Made by a program: the position numbers and the translations under genes
Part shown: positions 12,955 through 24,919 of the stretch, in pieces
How the letters are laid out: each line of letters opens with the position of its first letter
Position numbering within the stretch: the stretch's first letter is position 1
Source: Zootoca vivipara
Lineage: Eukaryota
Direction of reading: 5' to 3'
NCBI RefSeq assembly: GCF_963506605.1
Contig: NC_083278.1
Location: forward strand, 89,776,001-89,840,000
DNA length: 64,000 nt
The notes under the pieces: generated by a model
Seen by the model: only the letters and a program-made list of their open reading frames with translations
What the model was told of the DNA's origin: nothing
Databases searched by the model: none

Positions 12955-13098
12955 GATGGCTCAGTTGGTTAGAGCATGGTGCTGTTAATGCCAAAGATGC
13001 AGGTTTGATTCCCGTATGGGACAGCTGCATATTCCTGCATTACAGGGGGTTGGACTATATGATCCTCAGGGTCGCTTCCAACTGTACAATTTTGATTC
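12955..13098 (+). mobile_element. tRNA-derived SINE with CR1-like 3' tail (POM/Squam-type)
   Basis: A box ggctcagttggttagagc, B-box-like ggtttgattcc, tail ggggttggacta...ttccaac. Confidence 0.75.
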
Positions 13099-13323
13099 AG
13101 GACAGTGGCAATAACTTTAATGCCCTCATTGTAAGGCTCCAGCATCATTGGGCTGGTCACTATTAGAAACAATACTGTGTTAAGCGAGCACTAGACGTTT
13201 CTTGCTGGAGCTGAGGAAGTTCAACTTTACCACATGGGTAGCTTGACACACATAAGTTTAATCTGCTATCATGCTTATATAAATAAAAAAGATAAATCAT
13301 AATGAAAACCACAATAAATATTG

Positions 13324-13329
13324 TTTATT
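13324..13329 (-). promoter_or_regulatory. Probable DNAH14 polyadenylation signal (AATAAA)
   Basis: tttatt on + strand about 90 nt beyond the DNAH14 stop. Confidence 0.6.
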
Positions 13330-13415
13330 CTTAAGCATCAGTTTACCAAAACTTCAGGCGGTCCAACAGTCTGAAGAGTATCAAAGTTTAAGGGGTAATT
13401 ATTTTTTTAATCTTC

Positions 13416-13628
13416 TCAGTCATCTAGTTGGCATAACAATGCAACACCTCTTGTTATCCAGTGGCTGGGTGCTATAAGACTTGGTAGGTTAACTACTGTT
13501 ATAAAATTAGTTGATATACCTGTAGAGGACAGTGTTCCTGATCTTTCAGGTGTCCTGTATAGTGGACATTCATAAAGTAGCCAGACTTCTTCCTCCTCTA
13601 GAAGATGGAGTCTTGCATGGGAGGCCAT
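13416..13628 (-). CDS. DNAH14: DNAH14 final coding exon (MASHARL...VALLCQLDD*)
   Basis: ttgaag|ATG acceptor; dynein C-terminal motif; TGA 13416-13418. Confidence 0.93.
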   Translation of the reverse strand: MASHARLHLLEEEEVWLLYECPLYRTPERSGTLSSTGISTNFITVVNLPSLIAPSHWITRGVALLCQLDD

Positions 13629-14241
13629 CTTCAAAAGAAAGGTTTTGATTAATTAATAATACATATTAGCATAACACCGATCTTTTAAGTAGACTGTATA
13701 TGGGAGGAATATGAAAGAGTAGCATGGAAAACATACAATATACAGTATGTGCAAGCAACCATTATGCCAAGCAGGAAATCACAGCACAACATAGGCAAAC
13801 TTTACATATCTATCTTCTCTTTTAAAGGGGAAAGGGTTCGAGATGTTAGTAAGAGCCTCTACCTACAGTACCCATCTGGTGATGGAGCGGTGGATGGGCT
13901 TTTTTCTACATGAGTAGCCTGACAATTGCTTGCACAAGCACGGCACACTGTTAATTCATCATAGATTCAGAACAGCCAGCCAGATGCACCACAACTGCCA
14001 TAAACACCAGGCGCATGCAGCATGGATAAAAACACTTTACAGGTTGAAACTTGGGGTCAGAATAAGGGAGTGGTTGAGAAAAGGAGTGCATAATGTAGTA
14101 AAATGATACAATGAAGTCATTTCAGGTATAAATATAAGATTATATAGCTGCTCACAACTTGTAAAATTTGTATCATTAGCGTTACCAGTTGCCACCCTGA
14201 GCTCTTGTCATAACACAGAATGTACATTGTATTTAAATCAC

Positions 14242-14388
14242 CTTTTTTGGTAAAAAATGTATGTCTGGTAGTGGATAAAATCTCTGGTGAAGCTCAGGCT
14301 CTTCCAATGCCTTTGTAGTGGGATTCCAGCAAGCACCATCTATGTATAAGCCACAAACTATAACTCCAGTTTTACACCGAGAAGATTC
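14242..14388 (-). CDS. DNAH14: DNAH14 exon (ESSRCKTGVIVCGLYIDGACWN...HFLPKK)
   Basis: tcag|GAA, AAG|gtgatt; 147 nt; GL.IDGA.W motif. Confidence 0.92.
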
Positions 14389-14504
14389 CTGAAAGTCAAC
14401 AAAAATGATAGATGAACGTCATATGATAGGGTTTTCTTGTTTGTTTTTATACCTATGCAGTTTTAGTCCACCAGACTCCACAAAACCTTCAAAATTTATA
14501 ACCA

Positions 14505-14857
14505 GCTATTATGGTGCTGGAGGAGAGACTTGAGAGTCTCAGGGACTGCAAGAAGATCTATCCATTCTGAAGGAAATCGGCCCTGAATGCTCACTGGAAG
14601 AACGGATCCTGAAGCTTAGGTTCCAATACTTTGGCCACCCCATTTAAGAGAAGACTCACTGGAAAAGACCCTGGTGTTGGGAAAGATTGAGGGCACTAGG
14701 AGAAGGGGACGACAGAGGACAAGATGGTTGGACAGCGTTCTCGAAGCTACCAACATGAGTTTGACCAAACTCTGGGAGGCAGTGGAAGACAGGAGTGCCT
14801 GGCATGTTCTAGTCTAGTCCATGAGGTCAAAGAGTTGGACACAACTAAACAACAACA
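14505..14857 (+). mobile_element. RTE-BovB LINE 3' fragment
   Basis: ggactgcaagaagatc...caatactttggccacc...ctggaaaagaccctg...(caa)n tail. Confidence 0.85.
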
Positions 14858-14951
14858 TGATTATATGTTTTAAGATAGGGAACTTGACCTGGCTGTCGTA
14901 TCCTGAGAGGCACCTGACCTACAGGTAGCATTGGCAGGTGGGTCAGTACTA

Positions 14952-15189
14952 CAGTTGTACCTCGGAAGTTGAACAGAATCTGTTCCGGAAGTCCTTTCTA
15001 TTTCCAAATCGTTTGGAAACCAAAGTGCGGCTTCTGATTGGCTAAAGGAAGCTCCTGCAGCCAATCAGAAACCATGAACGCTTGAGTTCCAAAGAATGTT
15101 CACATACCAGAACACTCACTTCCGGGTTTGCGGCATTCGGGAATCAAAACGTTTGACTAGCAAGGCGTTCGGGATCCAAGGTATGACTA
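14952..15189. mobile_element. Tc1/mariner-type MITE (related to 2265-2488)
   Basis: TA|CAGTTGTACCTCGG...CCAAGGTATGACT. Confidence 0.75.
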
Positions 15190-15668
15190 CTATGTTGGTC
15201 AAATAAAATCACCATCAACAATAGAAAAGGCATTCTTATGTATCAATTTTTCATGCATTCAGCAATTAGTGAAACAATCCTTTACAGAGGTAGACTGAAC
15301 GCTATTTAGCCTCTGCGACACCATCCTTCACATCTACATTCAGTGGTAACCTGTAAATTACATTTTAACTGATGTGCAACAGAGTAAGATGGTCTTCCTA
15401 TATGATGCTATGCATGGCTGAAGCTCAGGAATAGTCGGTATGGTGCCCTCAAAGTGCTGCAGGACTACAGTTCTCACCATCCCTGGCCATTGACCAAACC
15501 GGCAGAAAATGAGGGGAGTTGTAGTCCAGCAACATCAGGATAGCACAATGTTGGCTACCACTTCCCAGGTGTTCTAGTACTTTTTAAATGGGCAGAAGGA
15601 GGTGGCCTAACAGAATTTGAACTAAGTAAAGTGTCTCTTGATGCTCAAATTTGTGTGTGTAGAATCTA

Positions 15669-16026
15669 CGGGTGGCGCTGTGGTCTAAGCCACTGAACCT
15701 ATGCACTAGGGCTTGCTGATCAGAAGGTTGGTGGTTTGAATCCCCGTGACGGGGTGAGCTCCTGTTCCTTCCCAGCTCCTGCCCACCTAGCAGTTTGAAA
15801 GCACATCAAAATGCAAGTAGATAAATCGATACCGCTCCTGTGGGAAGGTAAACGCCGTTTCCGTGTGCTGCTCTGGTTCGCCAGAAGCGAGTCATGCTGG
15901 CCACATGACCTGGAAGCTGTCTGCGAACAAACGCTGGCTCCCTCGGCCAGTAAAGCGAGATGAGCGCCGCAACCCCAGAGTCGTCTGCGACTGGACCTAA
16001 TCATCAGGGGTACCTTTACCTTTACC
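15669..16026 (+). mobile_element. Sauria SINE
   Basis: ggtggcgctgtggtctaa head, gtcatgctggccacatgacc core, (accttt)n tail. Confidence 0.9.
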
Positions 16027-16410
16027 TAGAATTACTGAGTCCTGGCAGGAAGTCATTTGAGAGTTGCAGAAAGTGGTTCCTTCTCCTTTGGAAATGAAGT
16101 AAATGTGCTTCAGAAGGAAAATACTTTGGCACTGGAGAATTGGAAGGGAATTCACACCCCAGCCTGCCCCCTACAACCTTCCCCCATAGGATTTTCTTCT
16201 CCATGTTGTTTCAGAAATGTGTTCCAGACACTCTTCAATAGTAATATTTACATAGTATATTCCCAAAATGATCAGAACATACCACATACATTTTCTCGGT
16301 ATTTTTTATTTTAAAAAAACATTGTATAAGGCCATGAACAATAACTTAGATCAATCTTCCAAGCTCAAAGCTCATTAACCATTATGCTACATGAGCTCTT
16401 ATTTTCTTAC

Positions 16411-16568
16411 CTTAAATGCTTTGTTTATTATAGCTTCTTTTGCACTGAAAAATCTAAAACTCTGATCTTCATCCTGAACGAATGGAAGAACTTTGTGGAT
16501 AAAATTAAGAGAATCCACTGGCAATTCTTCCTGCCGAGCATAATTCTGAAGAATTGCAGTAAGAAATC
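16411..16568 (-). CDS. DNAH14: DNAH14 exon (FLTAILQNYARQ...NKAFK)
   Basis: gcag|GA, AAG|gtaaga; 158 nt. Confidence 0.92.
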
Positions 16569-18008
16569 CTGCAGGAATAAAATACATGTATGAATGTGTG
16601 AGCACATGTTGGAACTAAGCTTTAGCCAGCTTTAGTTGACTAAAAAGGGGGGGGGACTTTTTCCACTTTTCCCTCACACGATGCATAACCTTATGCACAC
16701 CTATCATGTCCTCTTACTCTTTTTCTTAAACTAGAAAGTCCCAAATGTAATCTTTCTTCATAGGAAAGTTGCTCCAAACCTTTGATCATCTTGGTTGCCC
16801 TTTTCTGAACCCTTTTCAGCATTGCTATATGTTTTGTACAAACTTTTAAACATATTGTTGCACGCTACCCTAATCTTAGTGGTGCGAGACTCCAGGGGTA
16901 CCAGGCCTACTTACCAGGGTCTATGTTGGATGATAGGGCACAGAGTAGACTATGGGGTCTTTATGATATAGGCAAGCCCCGATTTGTGCAGGGCTTGTGT
17001 TCCGGGTCACTACATGCTTGCCTGAAATGTGTAACTGAGACACCACATTCTGCCTTCACCTCGCCCTGCCCCACCCTTTTAATGAAGTCTTTTATTACAA
17101 TTCCGGGTGAGTTCTAGGCATAGGAGCCACCTCCTAGGGGCCATGGGTGCTTCGGCTCCCATAGTTGAGGGGTCAGGGTCCCCACAAAATTGATGGGCAT
17201 TCCCATTCAAATGGTGCGTGTGCACTATGTCATGTGACTGATCATATGGGGTGGAGCTTACCTGGGCCCCCACAATATTTTCAAGTTGGCACCCCTGGTT
17301 CTGGGTTTTGCACTGTGCGTATTGGTCATGCCTAAAATGGGGGTTGCCTGCATATGGTTTATTTACATATATATACAACCTGAGTTTAGAATTGGGTGTG
17401 GGGACTTCCAGCTTTACATTCCAGAAGGGTCCTGTTTCTCTCATGGCTGCTATGTTGGATTCAAACTGTCAATCCACATTGTGTTGTGGCTCCCTTTTCT
17501 CCAACTTGCAAACTAATTCCCTGAAACAAAACTATTTTTCCTCTTGCTTACATGAGCCCACGGCAATTCTGAAACTCCTCCCTCCCAACTCTGTATTGTC
17601 TTTTGCTAACTGCCCAGGGTGGGGCTCCACCCCTCTGCACCCAGCAGAGAATCTTTGTCTTGTTGATGGCTTCCTATCACCAGCCAGAATGATCCACATA
17701 TGCTACCCAGCACCACAGATCAATAAAATCTGTGCCTCAACTGGAAAACAAATTAAGGGGTCAAGTGGCTGGGGCCTCACCGGCACTGCATTTTGCAGTG
17801 CACCAAGTGCCACCCTATGAGGACTTTCTTATTAAAAATAAAAAGTTTTGGAAAAGGGGAGGGACATGCAATCTGGGGCTTGGCCCAAGAGACAAAAGAC
17901 CCAGCCCCTGCTATGCCAACTTCTAACAATGACCTGGTAGGCAACCACGGTTCCCCACTCCTTATCTACACATTGCTGAAAACAATAACTGTCCATGAAA
18001 TTATGTAC

Positions 18009-18142
18009 CTTGTGGAAAGAAGAAAGCTGGAAGCCAAAAGCAGCTGGGGTGTACCTGAGAGCTGCCATCAAAGATGTCAAGTTCCTCACCAGGTTGCAAA
18101 GTTGTTTTGGTTAGCTTCTGAAGTACCACTAAATACTGATGC
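18009..18142 (-). CDS. DNAH14: DNAH14 exon (HQYLVVLQK...FWLPAFFFPQG)
   Basis: aaag|G acceptor chosen for phase, AAG|gtacat; FWL..FFFPQ motif. Confidence 0.88.
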
Positions 18143-18710
18143 CTTTAAGAATGATAAGTTTAGAAGTACACAATTCTACTCTTGAATAAGTGGATATATA
18201 TATTAATTATAGTTTTAAATGGTCAGTTATACAATACAATAAATAATGACAATCTGCACTAGCCAAAGGCATAACCACTTTAAAAGTACAATCCGTACAC
18301 ATGTAAGAGTAAATATAAGAGTGTCATCATGCATTGGAGGATTTCTAGTACCACCTCACAATCCTAGATTTTCATGAAGTCAGTGCTAAGAGCAAAAGGG
18401 AAGGCAAAGTGCACAACAGCAGTGGCTATGGCATAGGAGCATAGGGAGGAACACTGGGGGGGGGTAGTTGTTTGAAATAATGGGAGAGGTCACATTAATT
18501 TGGCTGATTAACAGTCTATATTCTTGTAAATGTGTTTCTGGGAGGGGGGATTATTGGCTTGTTTGTTCTTGTTTTTATTATGTACTTTGTGATTTTATTC
18601 TGTGAATCACACTGGGATCTTCAGACGGCCGGTATACAAATTCAATAAATAAACAAATAGTAAAGTGCAAGCTGGTTCAGTCTGGTGAGATGAGCCACAA
18701 GGCTTCTGTA

Positions 18711-19071
18711 AGGTAAAGGGACCCCTGACCATTAGGTTCAGTCGTGACCAACTCCGGGGTTGCGGCTCTCATCTCGCATTATTGGCCGAGGGAGCCGGCG
18801 TACAGTTTCCAGGTCATGTGGCCAGCATGACAAAACTGCTTCTGGCAGACCTGAGCAGCACAAGGAAACGCTTTTTACCTTCCTGCTGTAGCGGTACCTA
18901 TTTATCTACTTGCACTTTGATGTGCTTTCAGACAGCTAGGTTGGCAGCTAGGTTGGCAGGAGCTGGGACCAAGCAATGGCAGCTAACCCCGTCACGGGGA
19001 TTCGAACCGCCAACCTTCTAATCAGCAAGCCCTAGGCGCTGTGGTTTAACCCACAGCGCCACCTGCGTCCC
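18711..19071 (-). mobile_element. Sauria SINE
   Basis: Reverse complement of the same head, core and tail. Confidence 0.9.
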
Positions 19072-19782
19072 AAACCTCCAAACCTAGAACCTCCAAACAA
19101 TCTCACCAATTCCTTCCAGCTGGAGGCATTAACCTGTGAAGAATGCCATCCATTATCCAAACAATGGCCTTTCCGAGGAATGAAAAATGGAATGAGAACA
19201 ACAAGCATACATAACAGTAGAGGTGGTCCTTTCTCCTTTTCCACATGGGCCCATCATCCAGAAGGATGAATTGATTGTTAAAGGAAAAGGCAGGTCTGGG
19301 AAGATTCAGAAGTTACAGCACAACTCTGAATGGAGGCAGTTATTTGTGAAGCAGCAGTAGTGCCCAAGGTTTACAGAGATATACACACAAAAACTTTAGA
19401 GAAAAAGACCCCAAGAGGGGCCTCCTGCACCCCACTACTGATCCAATAACTATGCAGGCTTCATGGACATAGACTGCCGACTGACTTTTACAGGAAAAAT
19501 AGAAAATATGGAAGGGGAAGGGAGTGGAAGGGAGTGGCTGAGAAATTGAACAGGAACACTTTGCTGCAGATCCCACATACGTATCAGGTTCAAAATAGGA
19601 ATTTGCCTGCACTGGATATGTCATGTTCATAATTTGTTTCTGGATTTCTATAGTAGGCATCAGAAAATTTGCAATTCCAATGTATGTTAACCGCGGCATT
19701 TAACTCTACTCTTGCCAAAGCCATTCCTTTATATTTATATACTTCGCCAGAATCTTTACTGTTGCAATATTTTGCATTTTAC

Positions 19783-19895
19783 CTTGATTCCATAAAGGTG
19801 ATAACTTGTTTAGCCCACATGGAAAAGAAAGTCACTCGTAAAACAAGGTCATCAATCCAGGATCCCAGAGGTTTAAGTGATTTATAGGAATGTTG
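19783..19895 (-). CDS. DNAH14: DNAH14 exon (QHSYKSLKPLGSWIDDLVLRV...)
   Basis: acag|CAA, AAG|gtaaaa; 113 nt. Confidence 0.92.
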
Positions 19896-20284
19896 CTGTT
19901 ACGTAATAGCAGAACAAACACAATATCATGTTTTTAAAATTTACAAAAATAAAATTGATCATCCATTCTTCCCATTCAGGTAAAAGAGTTGTGTAATCTC
20001 TGAGCAGATGCATGCAAAAAAAAACAACCCACAAACAAAACACTATACAGGACACAGAAGCCCTACTCAACCCCTGGCAGCTGGAAATAGTATGGAAAGC
20101 AACAGCTTTCTGTGATTTAAAAGGCATTGTCCACTCAAGCAGTTTTGTTTACTATAGAGGCTAGAAACCCACTTTTAAAAATGAAAATAAAAATAGACTG
20201 CTGAGATTCTGAAGATGTTAAGAATTACTGCCAGGATTCCATTCTGCTTTTGTGAACTGCTATGGAATCATGGTATCGGGACTA

Positions 20285-20570
20285 AGGGGGATCAGCTGTC
20301 TTGGACCTGATCCTCACCAACAGAGAGGAACTGATGTGACGAAGTAATCGTGTCATCTTGGGTTTCAAGATACAGAGGCAAGGTAAAGCTGAGTGTAGTC
20401 GGAAATGCATTCTGGACTTTAAGACGGTTCTATGACTTGAAAACAGAGACTCTGTATGTTACTAAAAAATAAGTCTGGTTTCAAAAAGCTTAAGGATGTA
20501 ATCTCAGAGCCTCTATCTATAATCTTGGAGAATTATTGGATAACAGGTGAGAGCCCTGCAGACAGGCAAA
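20285..20570 (+). mobile_element. CR1 LINE ORF2 internal fragments (degenerate)
   Basis: ttggacctgatcctcaccaacagagaggaactg (LDLILTNREEL) and gatgtaatctcagagcctctatctataatc. Confidence 0.65.
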
Positions 20571-21039
20571 TTGTGGTTTGTTTCACATGAATAAACCATG
20601 ATAGCTAATACAACAACAAACCATGATTTGAGGCTAGCTAGTGAGTGTAGTTACCGGTAGTTACAGTGAAACAAACCACAATCTAGGGTTGAGATATAGT
20701 ATCTCCTTTCTGCTTTTCTTTGGTGGAAATGCAGAGACTGCAGCGGGGAAGCAAAGAAGGAGAAATCACATTTGGTGAGCAGAAGTCTGTTCTGCTGGTG
20801 GACAGCCACAACTGGGGCTGGATGTAGACACATCAAAGCAGTGTTTCAGTTAAACGTGTTGTAAATTTTGTATGAGAAATCGGGTTGGCAAAACCGAAAC
20901 TCCACAGCGCCATCTTGTGTGGTAGTGTTATAATGCACATACAACACATATAAAGTGCTTTTGGGGGGCCAATGTAGCTAAGTCCATAATCTCATCCTAA
21001 AAGTTTATTTTTTGATTCCCAGATAAACTGTTCACCTAC

Positions 21040-21236
21040 CTGCCACAGTTCAGGAACTTTGTTTTTCAATACTGAATCATAAAGCTCTTCTAGTGCTGTG
21101 GTGAAGATAATCTCGCCTTTGATACCTTGTTGAAGTCCATGTAATGACTGCATTATTATGGATAATAAATGATTATACATTTTAATCTCCTGATGTAAGA
21201 CATTTAGCAAAGTTGAACTCATAAAAGAACTAGGAC
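21040..21236 (-). CDS. DNAH14: DNAH14 exon (PSSFMSSTLLNVLHQE...VPELWQ)
   Basis: gtag|GT, CAG|gtaggt; 197 nt. Confidence 0.92.
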
Positions 21237-22051
21237 CTACAATAGAAAATAAGACCCACTGGTTATCTCACTGATAAGTAGAGCAAGTTAGCTGCATCAA
21301 ACTGCAAATTTGGGGCACTCCTATAAGGCAGAAAACTGTCAATAATATACAACTATTATTGTATTTTTTCTTAGAGAGGGGACACTATTTGGATCTTCTG
21401 CTCCCGGCTTATTGGTCAGTACCAACTTACAGTATTTACTTATTTAAAACATTTTTAGGGGACCTTTCCAGATAAGTCCTCTAAAAGCAGCATACAACAA
21501 TAAGAAACACAAAGCAGAAGAATTGCAAATTTATTATTAAAGTTTAAAAATTACAAAAAATTACAAAGACAAGCAAAAACACTGAAAAATATCAGTCAAC
21601 ATAAAATAAGTGTCATTAACCACAGTAATAAAGCAATAAATTAACAGCATATTCAATAAAGCGCATAAATTAAAAGTAGCTAGAAACATAGTTGTTAAAA
21701 GGCTTAACCAAGAGAGAAGATGTTTGCCTACAGACACACACCCCTGAGCAAATTCTGGACTACCGGTAATTCTTATGCATTTAGTTCCAAGATATTCCAG
21801 CTGTGACACAATGCCATAAATTCCTCCTGCTTCCATGTAAGAATACTCACTACCAACACTCAGCATCAAATTGCTAATTAGGAGAAATAACCTAATCTTA
21901 GATGTTGGAGTGCTATATATTTTATCATTATTTATTGATTTTATTCCCCACTATGTATTCACAATAATAATAATCAGACCAGAACTATATACGTATATTC
22001 CTTCTTGCAAGATAAAGCTAATTTTCATTTTATGTGAATCAAAGTTCTGAC

Positions 22052-22227
22052 CTTTTGCAACCTTTGCAAGTGCAGCCCAAACTGAGCTTGACCTGAAGCT
22101 TTCAAATGTAACTTTTTCTTTGAGTTCAGTTTCAGGTGTCTGTTCCATATCTTCTACAGTCAGTGGTAGCCTGATTTGAATGCCAGATGCTATTTCCAAT
22201 ACTATTTCATCCTGAGTCTTTCTGCCA
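22052..22227 (-). CDS. DNAH14: DNAH14 exon (GRKTQDEIVLEIASGI...AKVAK)
   Basis: ttag|T, AAG|gtcaga; 176 nt. Confidence 0.9.
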
Positions 22228-22638
22228 CTAAAACAAACAGATAAACACCCAATGTCTTAGAGATATCAATCATTATCAATCAAGTTAATGCCCCCCTTGT
22301 TTCACTGCATGTTGCTCATTGTTCGTTGTCAAATAAATAATCCTAGGCATTCTTTGTGGGGTAGTGCACCTGATTTTGTATATATATTACAGTACATATG
22401 CAAAAAATGGTTAATGCTAATATTCTCATGTTTATGTTGTCAATCCTACATGTAATTCCCAGAAGGCGTTGGGAAAATGAACAACTAAAGGAAATTAGAA
22501 GAGGCGAGAAGCTACAATGAGTCAGTAATGGGATATTTTCTCTTCTCTGTTCTATGTGACAGGGGACTTAAGCATGCTTAACTCTGTTAGTTTGTGGTCA
22601 TATTCCAGAAACAGAAGAAGAAATCTCCAAAGAGTGAC

Positions 22639-22838
22639 CTGATGATGAAAGTGTCTGTAGTCATTGCTGGTTGAGTCCTGGCAACTGACTCAATAAATAA
22701 CTGTGCTTGAGACTTTAGGTATGCTCTTTCTGCACAATGATGCATTCCAAAGAGTTCTGGAGAATCGCTCTCTGGAAGAGATCGTAGATAGGCTCTGCAG
22801 TCTTTCAAAGTATCTTTTTCAGATATGGGTTGATATAC
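22639..22838 (-). CDS. DNAH14: DNAH14 exon (VYQPIS...LPESDSPELFGMH...)
   Basis: gcag|GTA, CAG|gtcact; 200 nt. Confidence 0.9.
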
Positions 22839-24038
22839 CTGCAAAACCAATGAAAAATGCTTTTCATCTACTAATGTCTTCACCCCACATCCTCATAGGA
22901 GAACAATAGAAACCAAATAGAGCCATTGTTCAAGGTAGAACAGAATTCACCTTCAAGAACAGATCCATACAAAAATAGGGAACATTGCATCGGTAGGAAT
23001 GTCAAGTATATTCTGAATGATATTTACTTCCTAGTATAGGCCTATAAACCTTCACAGGCAGGATGTATGTGCTTTGGGAGATGGAGAGGTAGGAGCTGCC
23101 ACCCAAAGTGGCAAGACAAGCCAGTGTTTCATGGGTGGGTGGGTGTGTTGCTGCACCTCCAGCCGCTTCACTGCCAGCAGTAGTGCCACCACTCCCCACA
23201 CCAGCATGACCCCCCCTCTCACAACTGGAGCAGACAGCCCCCACTGCCACTTCCTCCCTCTTGCCACCAGGAACCTGGCACTCAGTACTTGCCACTGCCA
23301 GGTGCTTACTGTTGCTAGGTGCTCCTCAGCCCTGATGGCTGCAATGGCACACTCTTCTACTTGCCCTTGGGCCACCATCTTCCTTCTGCTCACCCTCTTC
23401 AGAGCATGCAACCACCATCCATGAGCACACCTCTGTGGTTGAGGAGCAGGAGGCAGCAAGCAAGTGCCAGTTGCCAGGTTTGGGGGGGGGCAGGATGTGG
23501 GGGACAGCACTGGAATTTTTGCTTCTAATGGAAAGACGTCCTGGGCTGTCCCTGGTTATCAAATATGTCTGAACTCAGGGAATTCACTCTAAGAGAAGAA
23601 ACAAGGTTCTGAAACCATGGTTTGAGCCTGACTGGCTAGAGCATGTGAAAGTTTAAATGACCAGAGTTCCCTGAGTCCAGTCATAACAGTTTTTCCATGG
23701 CTAGTTCTGCCTTTTTCTCCTCTTGGCAGTGTATATTGGGTTCCAGTCTAGAGAGAGACAGGTGCATTAAGATGCCTGTAGGTGAGCTATGTCTCTGCAA
23801 TGCAGAGCTGTCCATGCAAAACAAGTCTTTTGGACTGAAATGTACAAAACAGCCAAAGTAACATCTGGCACTTAGACCCTTTTTGACTACAGTTTTATAA
23901 CAGGAAACTGTGGTTAGTTTAAAATTACAGCAGAAAGTTTTTAATCTCCTCCTTTTGCATGCAAAAGAGGGACACAGGTGAGAAGGGAGGGTAAAATGTA
24001 AGTCTTGCTGTGGTGCATGCACATACAGTAGTAGGAAA

Positions 24039-24395
24039 CAGTGGCAGAGGAAGCCGCTCAGGCACCCGGAACGGCAAACATGATGTGCACCCAGGGGTGG
24101 GGTGTCGCTACGTAGTGCGCATGTGCGGCGTCACTACGTATGACACATGCGTCATACGTAGCAATGCCGCACATGCACGCTACGTAGCAGTTTGCCGGCG
24201 CCTCCGCTCCAGCGCCATAAGGACAGTGCCAGGATCCTCTGCTTGCGGCTGCAGCTGCGAACAGAATATCCTCCACATGCGGCGGTGGTGGCGTGATGGC
24301 GGCTTGCGCCGCCACGGTGGGGTGCTGCCTTGTCACCCCTCGAGACGCGGCACCGGGAGCACACCACCCCCGCCCCCCCAATTGCGACACCACTG
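24039..24395. mobile_element. hAT-type MITE, CpG-rich with internal hairpin
   Basis: CAGTGG...CCACTG termini; perfect 8-bp TSD gtaggaaa. Confidence 0.85.
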
Positions 24396-24440
24396 GTAGG
24401 AAACCATGATTTCCTGTTAGGGCTGAACCAACCCTTTATA

Positions 24441-24658
24441 CAGTGGTACCTCTATGTTCCGAACGCATATTCGTAAGTCGAAAAAATTTGTAAGTCGAAT
24501 CCCATAGGGAGAAAAAATTCTTAGGTCAAAGGAACCCTATCTAAAAATTCGTAAGTAGAAAAAATCCTATCTAAACCGCATCCAAGATGGCGGACGGAGC
24601 TCCATTCGTAAGTAGAAACATTTGTAAGTAGAGTTATTTGTAAGTAGAGGTACCACTG
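24441..24658. mobile_element. Tc1/mariner-type MITE
   Basis: TA|CAGTGGTACCTCTA...TAGAGGTACCACTG|TA; repeated tcgtaagt(a/c)gaa. Confidence 0.85.
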
Positions 24659-24721
24659 TATAACAATGTACAGGTTGTTAAAGTGCTGTAAAATAATGAA
24701 AAAATAAATGGCTTCCCCTAC

Positions 24722-24919
24722 CCAATCAATAGTGTAAGCAAAGTCCTTCTGCAATACAGAAGGGTTATAGAAATTATCCAAAATGTTAAGAATGCACCGA
24801 CGATCCCAATTATCAGTTACACGGCCTCCATATGTTACTTCACCAGTCATATAACGCAGTGCTTCCCAAGGAATCTTCTTTTGATTCCTAAGAAGAATCT
24901 CCAGCACCTGGATCGAAAT
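24722..24919 (-). CDS. DNAH14: DNAH14 exon (ISIQVLE...YGGRVTDNWDRR...)
   Basis: ccaag|ATT (alternative in-frame AG 12 nt downstream), TGG|gtaggg; 198 nt. Confidence 0.9.

Noticed and set aside
12955-13025. tRNA-like sequence
   Set aside because: Runs into a CR1-like tail and lacks a proper acceptor stem; it is a SINE head
17251-17820. 189-aa + strand ORF
   Set aside because: Intronic, GTG start, no motif or splice support
24441-24658. Spaced short repeats (tcgtaagt.gaa) resembling a CRISPR array
   Set aside because: Subterminal repeats of a MITE in a vertebrate intron
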